Of a stretch of 64,000 bases of DNA, positions 39,991 through 53,862 are shown piece by piece. The stretch covers positions 67,270,001 to 67,334,000 of the forward strand of contig OX597827.1 in the NCBI GenBank assembly GCA_951406725.2, given 5' to 3'. The notes beneath the pieces were generated by a model that did no database searches, was not told where the DNA came from, and worked only from the letters and a program-made list of their open reading frames with translations. The position numbers and the translations under genes are program-made. The number at the start of each line of letters is the position of its first letter. Position 1 is the stretch's first letter. The stretch comes from Octopus vulgaris. Taxonomy: Eukaryota.

Positions 39991-41248
39991 TCAGCATAAA
40001 TGAAATGAGATAGAAACATATGCAAAATGGGACGAGGTAAGTGTGAGGACTTAGGTGGGAAAGCACTTCTCTGAGAGAGAATTAAGTAGAGAGTGAGGAG
40101 TTGGTGGGTTTATACATGTATACGGACATATAAGCTTGTGGCACGAACTTTGAATGAAACTGTTTTGATCCATATAAATGTGTTGAGTTCCCTTCTTATG
40201 GTTTTCACCCACTCATATAGATATGGTTAGACATGGCTTGTGCCAATCTTTGATCGAAACGTATCTAACTTTTATTTATCTATCTATCTATCTATCTATC
40301 TATCTGGCCAGCTATCTATCTTTCCTGCATCGAAAACCGGTGATTGTCGTACGCCGACGACAGGTCAATACCTAGAAACTGCAGTCCGTGCGTATCACTT
40401 AGGTTGACGAGGGAGGGATGACCTCCCTTTGCAAATACCACAGAAAGTGTGCCTAAAGCCAGCTGGAGACGATGTTCTCCTGGGGCTACAAGCTACAGTA
40501 ACACCCACCCTTAGAGGTTAGCCATATTGAGATGGCTAGTATACCTCATATATATATACTGTGAGAGGAGGGAAATAATATCTATGCAGATATCGAATTT
40601 CTCTGAGTAAAATGCCAAGACTGGTTCCTTCAGATGCTGCGTTTTCTGATTTCCTGGTAAACCTCCATTAGTTCTTATCCGATGTTACATTTTATTCCTT
40701 GGCAAGTTAGAGTATAATGTATAATATTGAGAATAAGAGGAATGATTAATTTGACCATTCAAACTTTATGATTATTTCCATTTACTTTATTCATAATAAT
40801 TATCCGACACGTTTTTCGATCGCATTAACTGCACGCTGTTGCATATTTATACGGAACGATTTATACATTTAGTACGATCTCTTCAGGGTATATAATCATG
40901 CCATTGTTCAACTGGGAATTTACCTCCGCTGCTAGTTAGAATTACGTTTAGTAGTAATAGTAAACCATGAGCTGCTTTCTTCACCTGATTGTTAGGGGAA
41001 AATCCAGCAGCATCAGTGTTTCTTAAGCTTGACTAGCTGCAGAGTGGTTATTTATAGAATACCATTCTTTGTTTGACTTTTTATTGATTCTACATACAAT
41101 AGAGTCACATGGTTTTTTGATGGATTGCAAAGTTAATTATTTTATTTGAGTATTTGTGAAAGTTATTAATAGTAGTTGTGGATAATTACTAGATAGTAAG
41201 AACCACGTGGTAATTAAAAGAAGTAAGCAGTGTTTTTATTGTTCTAAC

Positions 41249-41313
<65 letters not shown>

Positions 41314-42006
41314 GCTGTAAAGTGATTTTTGGTTATATTATATATAATCTTATAAATTGAATTCTGTTCTTCTATTCTTTATCTGCTACTTTATTATTAT
41401 CGTTATTATAGCTATGTTTAGAGAAAAGACGTTTATTGTGATTGTATTAATTAATGCATTCTATTATTTGAATTTCTAAAAAAAGAAAACGTTTGTGTAA
41501 GCAATTAAACTTCTTTCTAGTCTATTGTTAACTAATTTATTTTGCGATGTAAATATTTGGTATAATTCCTCTCGGCACAAATAGCAGCTTTCTTCCTCTA
41601 TTTTATAAAGTTTGGTAGTACTAATCATTTCCCATTTTAATGAATGTTTAATATATTCGATTCACATATCCATAACTAATTCCTCACACAATAAAAGTAC
41701 CATAGAGAAAAATCTATATTAAACGTCTCGGAATTAAAGGTAGTTATTTTAATTTTCGGTGTTCGACCTAAATATTTAGATAAATACGAAGTCTACCAGC
41801 AACAACACTCAAAATAAATCGTCGCTCGTTATAAACTGCCTCTTTCGTTAATATATTTTTTCTCCGCTTCTTCTCTTTCCTTAAATGTTCCTTCAGTGTC
41901 ATTGACTTCCAATTTGTTTCCTACAATAAACTTGAATTGTGTCCCGCTTACTGTAAAAGTTCAAATAGACCCATATTTGTATCTATTATCTATTTGTATA
42001 TATTTG

Positions 42007-42062
<56 letters not shown>

Positions 42063-42259
42063 AAGAGAGAGAGGGAAAGAGATAGATAGTTAGATGCATG
42101 CATATATATATATATATATATATATATACAAATAAACGTATATGTATGTATATATATATATATATATATGCGTATATTTATACATATATTTATGCGTCTG
42201 TATATACGTATATATATATATATGTATATATATGTATATATATATATATATATATAAGC

Positions 42260-42304
<45 letters not shown>

Positions 42305-42333
42305 CTTATGTCTATATATATGCATATATATGC

Positions 42334-42366
<33 letters not shown>

Positions 42367-42689
42367 TATGTACGTATGTATCTATGTATGTATGTATATA
42401 TAATACAAACATACAAAGATGGAATTTCTTTTGTTTTACCTTTATTCTTTCTTCTCGTTGTTGTTGTTGTTGTTGTTGTTGCTGCTGTTGCTCCTATTGT
42501 TTATTCCCTTTCAGTTTATATTTTTATATTGGTTTGTTATTTTGTTGTTGTTTTCGTTGTTGTTTTTGTTTATTTTTAATTTCTTGATTCCTAATTTTCT
42601 CCTTGATCAATTTCGAAAATGTTTAAATTAATCAAACTATTTCAGTTGACATTCTCTACCTATGTTCGTTTCATACTTCAGCTTCTTGC

Positions 42690-43191
42690 TCTCTCCTTTC
42701 CTTCTTGTTCTTGTTATTCTTGTTATTCTTGTTCTTGTTCTTCCTCTTGTTCTTGTTCTTCTCCTTCTGCTCCTCCTTTTTCTTCTTCCTTTCCTCCTTC
42801 TCCCTTTTTCCTCCGCTTCTTCTTCACCTACTTCTCCTTCTTCTTCTTCTTCTTCTTCTTCTTCTTCTTCTTCCTTCTTCTTCACCTCCTTCTCCTTCTT
42901 CTTCTTTTTTTCTTCCTCTTCTTCTTCTTCTTCCTCTCTTCTCCTTCCTCTTTTTGTTCTTCTACTTCTTCTCCTTCTTCTTCACCTCCTACTTCCTCTT
43001 CTTCCTTTCATTCATCTTCCTTTCTTCCTAATTTTCTTCTTCCTCCTCTTATTCTTTTTCTCTTCCTTTTTCATTCATCTTCTCCACCGCCTCCTTCTGC
43101 TCTTCCTCCCCCTCCTCACTCTTTTTTCCGCTTCCCTCTTTTCTTTTCCTTCTCCTTCCTATTATTATTATTATTTTTTTTTTTTGTTATT

Positions 43192-43273
<82 letters not shown>

Positions 43274-43364
43274 CATTATTATTATTATTATTATTATCCT
43301 TCTTCTTCTTCTTCTTCTTCTTCTGCTTCTTCTTCTCCTTCTTCTTCTTCTTCTTCTTCTTCTT

Positions 43365-43418
<54 letters not shown>

Positions 43419-43821
43419 TTTCTCCTTCTCCTTCTTCCTCTCTTCTTCTTCTTTTTCACGCCTTCCATTCTTTCCTATCTTTTTTGTTTGTTCTTTCATC
43501 ACAACATGACTCACCTTCTCACCCTCATCCTCGTCGTTCTCATCGTTCATCGCCATCCTCTTCGTTGTCATTATCATTGCCGTCGTCGATGCCATCATCA
43601 TCATCATCATCACCATCACCGTCATATATTTCTCTTTTAATTGTTTTTTGCTCCGTCTTTGCGACACAGTTGTGTTTTGTTCTTTTTGCTGCACACACCC
43701 ACAAGCACACACGCACACACAACACACACACACATTCACACACACGCACTCACACACATACCTATAGTTAGACAACCCTCACTTTCATTAAAAAAACCCA
43801 CACAAGACACTCACTCGGAAG

Positions 43822-43855
<34 letters not shown>

Positions 43856-44390
43856 TCACACACATAGACAAACACATAGACAAACACACATTCACATACA
43901 CACACACACACACACATACCTAGGCGTCTACACACTTTCATACATAACCACACAACACACTTATTCTCAAGATACACACACACACACACACAAACATACA
44001 CACACATTCATTCACACACACACACGCATACACATACGCGCGCACACACATTCGCACACACGCACACACACAAATATATATCCAGACGACTACACACTTT
44101 CATACAAAGCCACACAACCCACTTACTCGGCAGATACACACACACACACACACACACAGACACACACACACACAGACACACACACACACCAACACATACC
44201 TACATACAGACAAACACACAAACACACGCAGATAAAAAAATTCACAACAACACACACGCTGACTTACGTGCAATACACACACACACACACGCATACACAA
44301 ACACACATACACACACGTACACACACACGTACACACACACGCACACACACACACATACGCACACACATGCACACACACACACACACTTCC
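42690..44390. repeat. Long low-complexity tract: (CTT)n, (ATT)n, (CTA)n, (CAT)n, then a (CA)-rich minisatellite
   Basis: Direct reading. The motif CACTTTCAT..CACACAA..CACT..TC..AGATACACAC recurs at ~43779, ~43932 and ~44094. Confidence 0.92.
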
Positions 44391-44710
44391 TGTATTCTTT
44401 TCTTGCATCTTTCGTTTTGCCCCATTCATTCTCACCTTCTTTTGTTTAATTTTTCTTCTATTTCTTTTATTTATATTCATGGCAGGGGAATCCTTCTTAG
44501 TTAACTATAATTACATTGCACAAATCATCAACGTACGATAGCAATTTTAATTAGGTTGTTAATCAATAAATTATTCAAATATATTTAGTCACATAAACTC
44601 AGTCGTACTCATCATTACGCGGCTGAGTTCCCGTTTAAAAAAAAAATTCGTTGCTGTTGTCGTTATTGTTGTTGTTGTCATAGGTTTATTGGTAGTTATA
44701 ATACTGCTAG

Positions 44711-45025
44711 TGGAGGCAGATGGCCTAGTGGTTACAACAACGGACTCGCGATCGAGGGATCGTGGGTTCGAATCTCAGACGAGGTGATGTGTGTGTTTAA
44801 GAGCGAAACGCCTAAGCTTCACGCGGCTCCGGCAGAAGGTAATGGCGAAATTCTGCTGACTCTTTCGCCACTACTTCCTCACACTTTTTCCTCCTGTCCC
44901 TAGCCGGTGACCTGCGACGGACCGGCGTCCCGTCCCAGTTCAGGTGGACAACCTATACGCCAATGTAACCGGAAAACCGGCCTCATTATGAGCCAGGCAT
45001 GGCTCGAGAAGGAACAAACAACAAG
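44711..45025 (+). mobile_element. Diverged family A-like SINE with a third type of 3' tail
   Basis: Head TGGAGGCAGATGGCCTAGTGGTTA..GGTTCGAATC and AAGCTTCACGCGGCTCCGGCAG shared with family A. Its tail resembles the degenerate copy at ~8775-8975. Confidence 0.75.
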
Positions 45026-45249
45026 AGCATAAGAGCTCCAGCCGTAGTACTGGTTTGGGCACTAGTGTCTAACCACAGGTCAGAAACACAAGACCAGATC
45101 TATTATGAGGAATGTTCTATTTGTTGTTTAAACCTTATATCTTATTTGTAACAGTCACTAGACAGCGGCCATACTGGGGCACGGCGTTCAAAGAAAGTTA
45201 TTTGAACGAATTGCTCTCAGTACTTGTTTTCAAACAAATTACTAATGAC

Positions 45250-45470
45250 GGTTTCAAAATTTGGAAGAAGGCTAGCAAGTTCACGAAGGAGTTAAGTCGA
45301 TTACATCGACCCCAGCGCTCAACGTGTGTTTATGTTATCGGCTACGAAAAGACGAAATACGAAGTTGATCTCAGCGCAGTTTGAACTCAAAACGCAAAGA
45401 CGGACGAACTGACGTTAAGTATTGTACCTAACGTGCTAAGGAGCCTGCCACTACGCCGCCTGAAGATATG

Positions 45471-45514
<44 letters not shown>

Positions 45515-45955
45515 CAGTTCTAGTAAAGGCACAAGGTCTGATGCTTTGCGGGAGAGGACAAGTAGATAACATCGACCCGAGTGTTTCACTGGTACTTATT
45601 TTATCGACCCTGGCAGGATGAAAAGCAAAGACGACCTTCTCGGAATTTGAACTCAGAACGTAAAGATAGATGAAATGCTGCTAAGCATTTTGCCCAGCAT
45701 GCTAACAGTTCTGCTAGCTCACCGCCTTAATAGTTATTATTATTATCCTTTTTACTATAGACCCACGGCCTGAGATTTTGAAGGAGGGGTATAGTCGATT
45801 ACAACGACCCCAGTGTTTCACTGGTACTTAATTTATCGACCCTAAAATGATGAAAAGCAAAGTCGATCTCGGTGGAATTTGAACTCAGAACTTTAAGATG
45901 GACGAAATGCCGCTAAGTGTTTCGTCCGGTGCGCTAGCGATACTGCCAGCTCGCT
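45250..45955 (-). mobile_element. Three tandem monomeric SINE family B copies separated by (AAT)n
   Basis: Reverse-complement head, core and tail at ~45250-45460, 45520-45730 and 45750-45955. Confidence 0.78.
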
Positions 45956-47254
45956 GCTCTCCAACTTGTTAGCAATAATAACTGGTTAAATGAACTGCTA
46001 TGTTAAGGGGACATCCACAAACCGACAACGGTTCTTAATCAGTGGGGATGTGGAACAAACACAAACACAATAGCACACATACCTACACGAGGTCTGAAGT
46101 GCTAGCTTAATAAGAAAGAACATATTTCTCTTTGAATAATGAATCCCACACCTGTTGCTTGCCAGGTGATCGTTCTATTAGTGACATTATTGGTTTCTGT
46201 AAAAATAAATAAATATATTGAATAACGAAATAAAATATAATTTTTGTTCTTTCGATATTGAAATTTTTCTGTACAAGACACGCAATCTATTTTCCTAAAT
46301 ATTCCTTTTGTTATAAGCATTAACAGATAGACATCCGGATGTGAAGTAAGTTTTTGTAATCTTTCGCTATGTATGTAAACGAAATCCTGTTACAAATAGA
46401 AAGAGAAAATTTGTCGGAGGAATTATCATTGGATTGATATGTATTTGAATAATTAAATTTAAATCAAAGTGACGTTAATGAACTACAGAAATGAGAACGG
46501 AGTTTGAGGAATAAGGATACAATAGTTTGTTTATTTCATGCTGTTGTAGCATGTAAGCGAAGTGTGACTTTATTTCTTAGTTCACAATTCTATCATGGCT
46601 GACGTATGAGCAAGATCAATCCAATACAATGTGTATACGCACCGGAACAGGATGTGACGTAATCACTCGCTTTCTGATTTGATGTATATCATGCAATTTT
46701 TGGTAAGGGGTGGGGAATTATTTTTTGTTTTGTTTTGGAATGAATTCTTCCTCAAAGATTTCATTGAAATAAAGACAAAAGATAACAAAGGCATTCTGCT
46801 GATGCTGGAGAGGTGAGTAGACATGTTTAGTGAAGGGAAGGGAAGATATTTGGAAATAAGTTAGACACATACGTACATAGTGTACTTTAGACTATCTATT
46901 GTATCAATCAACAACACAATACCTTTTTCTATAAGACAAATATAAAGTGTTTAACTTTCGGTTGTTAGCAACAATATTCAATATAGAAATCCAAACAACG
47001 AAACTAGCAACAACACGAATTGCAAATAATCTATTTGTTTGACACGCAGATTTAAACATATATATATATAAATATATATATATACATATAAGAGACCAAA
47101 GTGTACGTACGCCGCTATATTTTTATATATACAAATTACAAAAATGGGACAAAAACTCGACTGAAGAAAGAAATCTCCGAATGACCCGTCCTTGTTTTAT
47201 TGTATCGTCTGTCGGGATGTTTTGCGTTCTTGTCCCATTTTTATATTTTTTACA

Positions 47255-47335
<81 letters not shown>

Positions 47336-47869
47336 GACGTGCTGCCTGGATAAGCAAGGTAGGCATTGCCTACCCTCAGTAAAAAAGATCGATAGCCACA
47401 TTTTCCGTCTCTGCCAAAATATGCGCCTAAATTATGGTTATTCTGATTACTACGCATTCTAGTGAGTGATGGACGAATTACGGGTGAAGATTTCGTTATA
47501 GCAGTCATTGCTTAATCCTTACTCTCATAGAAAGCATTCGTGCTAGACATAGTAATCTCGTTTGGGCCCTCAGATGCTAATCAAGGGGCAGAGATGTTTT
47601 TATAATTCAACCATTTTTGCCCTGTTGAGTACATCTTTCTCTAGATCTGACACAGCAGATTTCATTTTAGGTGAGAAGAAAGGAAGTATATATCTCCATG
47701 CTAGACAGTTATTTTCTTTAAGATTCCCAAAATAGTGAAAGACTAAGTTAATCTTGGCAGCATTGAAATGCCAGAAAGAATAACAAAGCGTTCCAGTAAA
47801 TCGCATTAAAAGCGCTGCCAACTTTCTGCTTCAAATGGATGGATTATTTTGGGGGAGCAGAGATGATTG

Positions 47870-48245
47870 TGTGGTTAAAAATTTGTTTTGCAATAACTTG
47901 GTTTCGGGTTCGATTCCACTGCGTGGTACTTTGGAAAAATGTCTTCTACTATAGCTCCGGATCGACTAATGCATTGAGACTGAATTTGGTACATGGAGAC
48001 TATATGGAAGCCTATAGAATGTGTGTCTATTTAGTGTGTGTGTGTGTGTGTATCTATGCATGTGTATGTGTGTTTCTGCTTCTGTTTGTTCCACCAGGGC
48101 TTGAAAACCGGTGTTTGTTTCATTATGTCCCAGTAAATTAGTATTTCGGCATGAGAGATCGATAGACTAGGGATCTATTTGTTGCACTAAAATCTTTCAA
48201 GGCGGTGCCCCAGCATGACCGCAGCTCAGTGACTAAATAAGCAAA
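47870..48245 (+). mobile_element. SINE family C, old degenerate copy
   Basis: GGGTTCGATTCCACTGCGTGG head, internal (TG)n and GGCGGTGCCCCAGCATGACCGCAG tail. Confidence 0.7.
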
Positions 48246-48866
48246 ACGTGTGTGTGTGTTTCTTTTCCTCCACAAGCCGACGTTGGTTTGTTTATGTTCC
48301 GTAATTTTGTGTTACGGAAAAAAGACAAAAGTTAGAAAATATTCCAAACTTAAAAAGAAACTGAAAAAAATGTACTGGTCTCGCGTCCCTCAATGCGATG
48401 CTTCAACATGTCTGCAATCCAAATGACAGAAATTTTGTGAAGTATATAACCTCCATTTAGTTCTCACTAGCTAAAGAGAATGGAAAAAAACGATGACGAT
48501 AATAACTTCAAAAGCAACGACAACAACAACATAAAAAACTATGGATTACCAACATGAATGTCATTGAATTATTTATTAACGATAAAGCTTAGAAAGCGAA
48601 AATTTATAGATGAGTTGCGATTACGAATTTGTGAATTACGAAATTTTTTCTCAACGTGATTTTTTTCTTCATCGTGTATGCAGTTATGGGAAACTATATT
48701 CGAGATTTTGCTCAGACTCATAGTAACTGTTGTTCCACTAGTCGCTATTTTGGTTATCTTTTATCGTATCTGTTATTTCAATTTTGTTTTCTTCACCATA
48801 GCGTCTACTGTTTTGCAGTCAATAAATTAATCAAATATGTGTGTGTGTGCGTATAGATACACACAA

Positions 48867-48930
<64 letters not shown>

Positions 48931-49030
48931 GAGCCTCCAATAACACTATACTTGTTCCACGTCCTCACGTTGTTGTTTTCTCTTTGTGTTTATATATTTG
49001 GATTAATTATATATATATATATTATATATG

Positions 49031-49430
49031 TGTGGTAAGTAGCTTGCTAACCAACCACATGGTTCCGGGTTCAGTCCCACTGCGTGGCATCTTGGGCAAG
49101 TGTCTTCTAATATAGCCCCGGGCCGACCAATGCCTTGTGAGTGGATTTGGTAGACGGAAACTGAAAGAAGCCTGTCGTATATATGTATATATATGTGTGT
49201 GTGTGTGTATATGTTTGTGTGTCTGTGTGTGTCCCCCTAGCATTGCTTGACAACCGATGCTGGTGTGTTTACGTCCCCGTCACTTAGCGGTTCGGCAAAA
49301 GAGACCGATAGAATAAGTACTGGGCTTACAAAGAATAGGTCCCGGGGTCGATTTGCTCGACTAAAGGCGGTGCTCCAGCATGGCCGCAGTCAAATGACTG
49401 AAACAAGTAAAAGAGTAAAAGAGTAAAGAG
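49031..49430 (+). mobile_element. SINE family C, near full length
   Basis: Head, CORE-like TTGGGCAAGTGTCTT, internal (TA)(TG)n, stem-loop at 49387-49400 and (GTAAAAGA)n tail. Confidence 0.92.
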
Positions 49431-49503
49431 TATATATACATATATATATATACATATATATATACATAAATATATATATATACATATATATATACATATA
49501 TAC

Positions 49504-49560
<57 letters not shown>

Positions 49561-50032
49561 CATACATACACATAGACATACATACACATAGACATACGTA
49601 TATATACATATACACACAAAGACACACCCATGTCTATCTATATCTATATATATAACAAAACATTGCTTTTCTTGATCTATGTTCTGTTACGTAATAGTTG
49701 ATTAATGGTCCGACAAATCGGGCGGTTTTTTTTTTTTCGTTTCCTTTTAATTTTTTCTCGTTTTCCATTTCCTTGTTTTCCTCTCGTTGGGATGCTTCAT
49801 TTTAACGTTTGTAAACGCACCATATAAACATAAGCACGTATTCACACGCACACATACGCATACATGCGCGACCGTGCGAGTCATAGATACACACACACGC
49901 ACACACACTCACACACACATACACGCATAAAACACAAGAACTTAAACGTGCACGTAGGCACACATGATTACTTGTGTGTGTGTGCGTACGTGTGTGTATA
50001 TATGTGTGTGCGTATATATATATATATATATA

Positions 50033-50071
<39 letters not shown>

Positions 50072-51400
50072 TTACATATTTGTATGCATATATATATATA
50101 TATATATATATATACGTGAGTGTGTGTATATATATAGCCACTGATCCATAAACGGACACGCTCATACATATATATTTGTAGATTCATATATGTGTGTGTA
50201 TATGTATATCTATGTAGTATATCTATCTATAAATTTGTATGGGTGAGTATGTGTGACTATGTGTGCTTCTGCTTATGTGTGCGTGTGCGTGTGCTTGTGT
50301 GTGTGTGTGTGTGTGTGTACAAATATACATACGCACATAGAGTAGACACCAACTTTATGAGCCTCAACCTTCAAAACAAACAAATCATTGCAACCAGTCA
50401 CAACACTAACATACGATTCCACCACCATCACCACACCCCATAACCACCAGTACTACCATCAACATTACCACCAGCAGGTCACTCTACCCCCCATGACTTA
50501 CTTTTCATCTTTGTCGGGATCTCTATAACAGATTTTGCAGCAGTTTATTCAAAATTTTGATAAAATCCTAATATTTGCTTCCTATATCCGGAAAAAATTT
50601 TAATTATCTTAAGTAAAGAGCTTTAGAATGTCATAATTTTCATAACAAATGCTAATGCTTAGCGTTATCCCTAATGGTAATAAGCGGCTTCCAGTGTACA
50701 AATATGATTTTAACATGAAATTTACAGAGATTCGCATTGAATAAATAAATCTCTGTTTTATATTTTTACTTGAAATAAATTATACGAATCCTTGAATAAT
50801 CACGTCAGAATTGCAAATAGTTTTGATGTTTTGTTGGGAAAATTTTATATAAAGCTCTCAGACGTTCGCTTGCTTGTCATTTTGATATATGACTGCAGAA
50901 ATAACGAATGATTTACTCACGTTGAGAAAAGGAGAATTTTTTGGTATTTTTAGCGTTTGATATTACGTAACTAATAATTCCCCACCCATTAGATAAATTC
51001 AACATCGCTTGACAAATATTTTGGTTTCCGTCGACAAACGGATAGCAACTCTGACCTGATGTTGAAAGATGGAACATTTATTAAACAATATAGTCATATT
51101 CTCTTCGAATGTTTGGAACTTTGACTTTTAATGTCACTTACCGAAGACTATATCTTCGGTGATACCCTATCAGTATCAAACTCAATCACAGAATTCTTTA
51201 ATGAGTATTTTTATCTCTTTATTTCCGGCTCTATTTCTCTCACAACACATCTTAATATTTCCATCAAAGCATGTATTACAATGTGACAACATTGTCTCTC
51301 TCTCTCTCTCTCACACATTCTCTCTCTCACTTGTAGTCTTATTTTATCATCGTCTTATATACTGGACGCTTCTCTTTCGAAATTGTTTACTGAGATCAAT

Positions 51401-51447
<47 letters not shown>

Positions 51448-51559
51448 ACACACAAATATATATTGACAGACACGTGTAATGTCATATATTAGCTAATATA
51501 TTGAAAATTAGTGCCTGATAAAAATTTACAATGCTGACTCGTGTGTATATATATATATA

Positions 51560-51764
51560 GTTAATCCAAACAAGAAAACACAAAAAAAAACACAACAAAA
51601 AAAACACAACAACGCGAGGACGTGGAACAAATATAGTATTATTGGACGCTCAGGAAAGAAGGGATTAAAGTTTCGAGCGGAGCTCTTCGTCGGAAACATA
51701 GGAGAAGGAAAGATCCCGAGAAGGGAAGACAGAGGAAAAAAAATCGTCAACGGTACACACGAGG

Positions 51765-51844
<80 letters not shown>

Positions 51845-52040
51845 TATATACACAAACATATATATAGATCGTTAGCTACTACACACATTCTTTTTCTCTC
51901 CTTGTTTTTTCTGTGTACCTGTCTGTAGAAGAGCGCAGGCTCGAAACGTAAAAGACTTTTTCTATTCCTGGGCTATACTAATACATCTGTTTGTTTTGTA
52001 CACCACTTGGCTTCGTCTTTCGTGTATTTTCGTATACTTT
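51560..52040. mobile_element. Two divergent short Penelope-like repeats in opposite orientation separated by (CA)/(TA)n
   Basis: 51560-51765 (-) matches 12311-12505, and 51885-52040 (+) matches 37600-37775. Each has a hammerhead-like motif. Confidence 0.55.
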
Positions 52041-52049
52041 ATATATATA

Positions 52050-52112
52050 CGATGGTCAAGAGCCTTCAGGTATAGCCTCGGTCCTTGTGAGTGGATTGGT
52101 AGACAGAAACTG

Positions 52113-52163
<51 letters not shown>

Positions 52164-52350
52164 CCAGTGTTTGGCCCCCCACATTATCGCTTGACAACGG
52201 ATATTGGTGTATTCATGTCTCCATAACTTAGCGGTTCGGTGAAAGCTATGATCGTATAAGTACTGAGCTTACAAAGAATAAGTAGTGGGGTCATGTCGGT
52301 CAACTAAGGGTGGTGCTCCAGCATGGCCGTAGTTAAATAAAGGCAAAAGA
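52050..52350 (+). mobile_element. SINE family C, degenerate
   Basis: CCTTGTGAGTGGATTGGTAGACAGAAACTG body and GGTGCTCCAGCATGGCCG tail. Confidence 0.7.
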
Positions 52351-52766
52351 AAAATAGGGGAATAAATGAATATATAGAGAGATAGTTAGATAGATAGATG
52401 GATAGATAGATACACAGTTAAGATCAGAAGCCATGAGAGACGGTTTGACTGGTATTGCATCAGAATAACAATTATTATTATTGCTGCTGCTGTTGTTGAT
52501 GATGTTGTTGTTGTTGTTGTTGTTGTTCTTGTTCTTGTTCTTGTTCTTGTTGTTATAACAGTGATCTGGCAGAATCGTTATGGCATGCTGGGGAAACTGC
52601 TTAGCGTTATTTTATCTGCCCTTATGATCCCCGGTCAAATTCTTCCGAATTCGTGTTCCGGGGTCGATGAAACAAGTACCAGTTGAGTATTGGCATGATT
52701 GTAGAGTCCTCTCACTCTGAATGCCACTCTTTGTGTTCATATTAGAAAGGATTATTATTATTATTA

Positions 52767-52895
<129 letters not shown>

Positions 52896-53037
52896 TATGT
52901 TTGACTTTTGCTTTATATTTGTACAAGATGGCTCCAAGTCTCACCCAGAGACCTCAAGAGACAACAAGTCGGTAGTTCACGTTGTTGTTATGCCTAGTGT
53001 GCCATATATTATTATTATTATTTTTTTGGTGTTGTAC

Positions 53038-53091
<54 letters not shown>

Positions 53092-53572
53092 CATTATTAT
53101 TATCATCATTTTTGATGTCGCCTTCGTCATCGATTTAGATACTGTATACTGGTGTTATTATCTCTATTTTTAGCTGTGGACAGTTGTGACTATAAAGAAA
53201 TCGACGATTATATTTTAAGAAAAGAAGTGTTGACGGGTGGGACGAAAGCAAAAAAAACAAAAAAATAAATAATAATAATAACCGAAGTATGACACGTGAA
53301 GTAAAAAATGATCGACCTTCCGTGATTAAACAAATCCGCCCCTCAGCTGTCAATTGTAATAGAATACAATAGCAGACATGTTGGTATCGTAACTAAACAC
53401 CAAATTAAAATGGTCATTTGTGCTAACACTTAGAGTCACCAACCGACAGGATATTAGTTTGTGGAGTAATTTCGAGGTATAATTTCGAGGCTTCCGTTTT
53501 ATCGTCTAAATACTATGGTTTCTCTCCAGTTGGTTTTGCAAAGCAATGAAATAGTTATTTCCTTATACATAC

Positions 53573-53665
<93 letters not shown>

Positions 53666-53721
53666 ATATATATATGTATGTATATACATATACATATATA
53701 TATATATGTATATACATATAC

Positions 53722-53762
<41 letters not shown>

Positions 53763-53862
53763 TACATATATATATGTATACTCTTTTACTCTTTTACTCT
53801 TTTACTTGTTTCAGCCATCCGGCTGAGGCCATGCTGGGGCACCGCCCTTGTTGCTACCCTCT

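Noticed and set aside
42619-44504. Long ORFs of 287-369 aa
   Set aside because: They are entirely low-complexity trinucleotide and (CA)n tracts.
47600-47821. 73-aa minus-strand ORF of normal composition (also 33302-33523, 10632-10820, 39091-39387)
   Set aside because: There is no recognisable domain or convincing splice sites, and the length is compatible with chance. tBLASTx would be needed to exclude a decayed transposon or exon.
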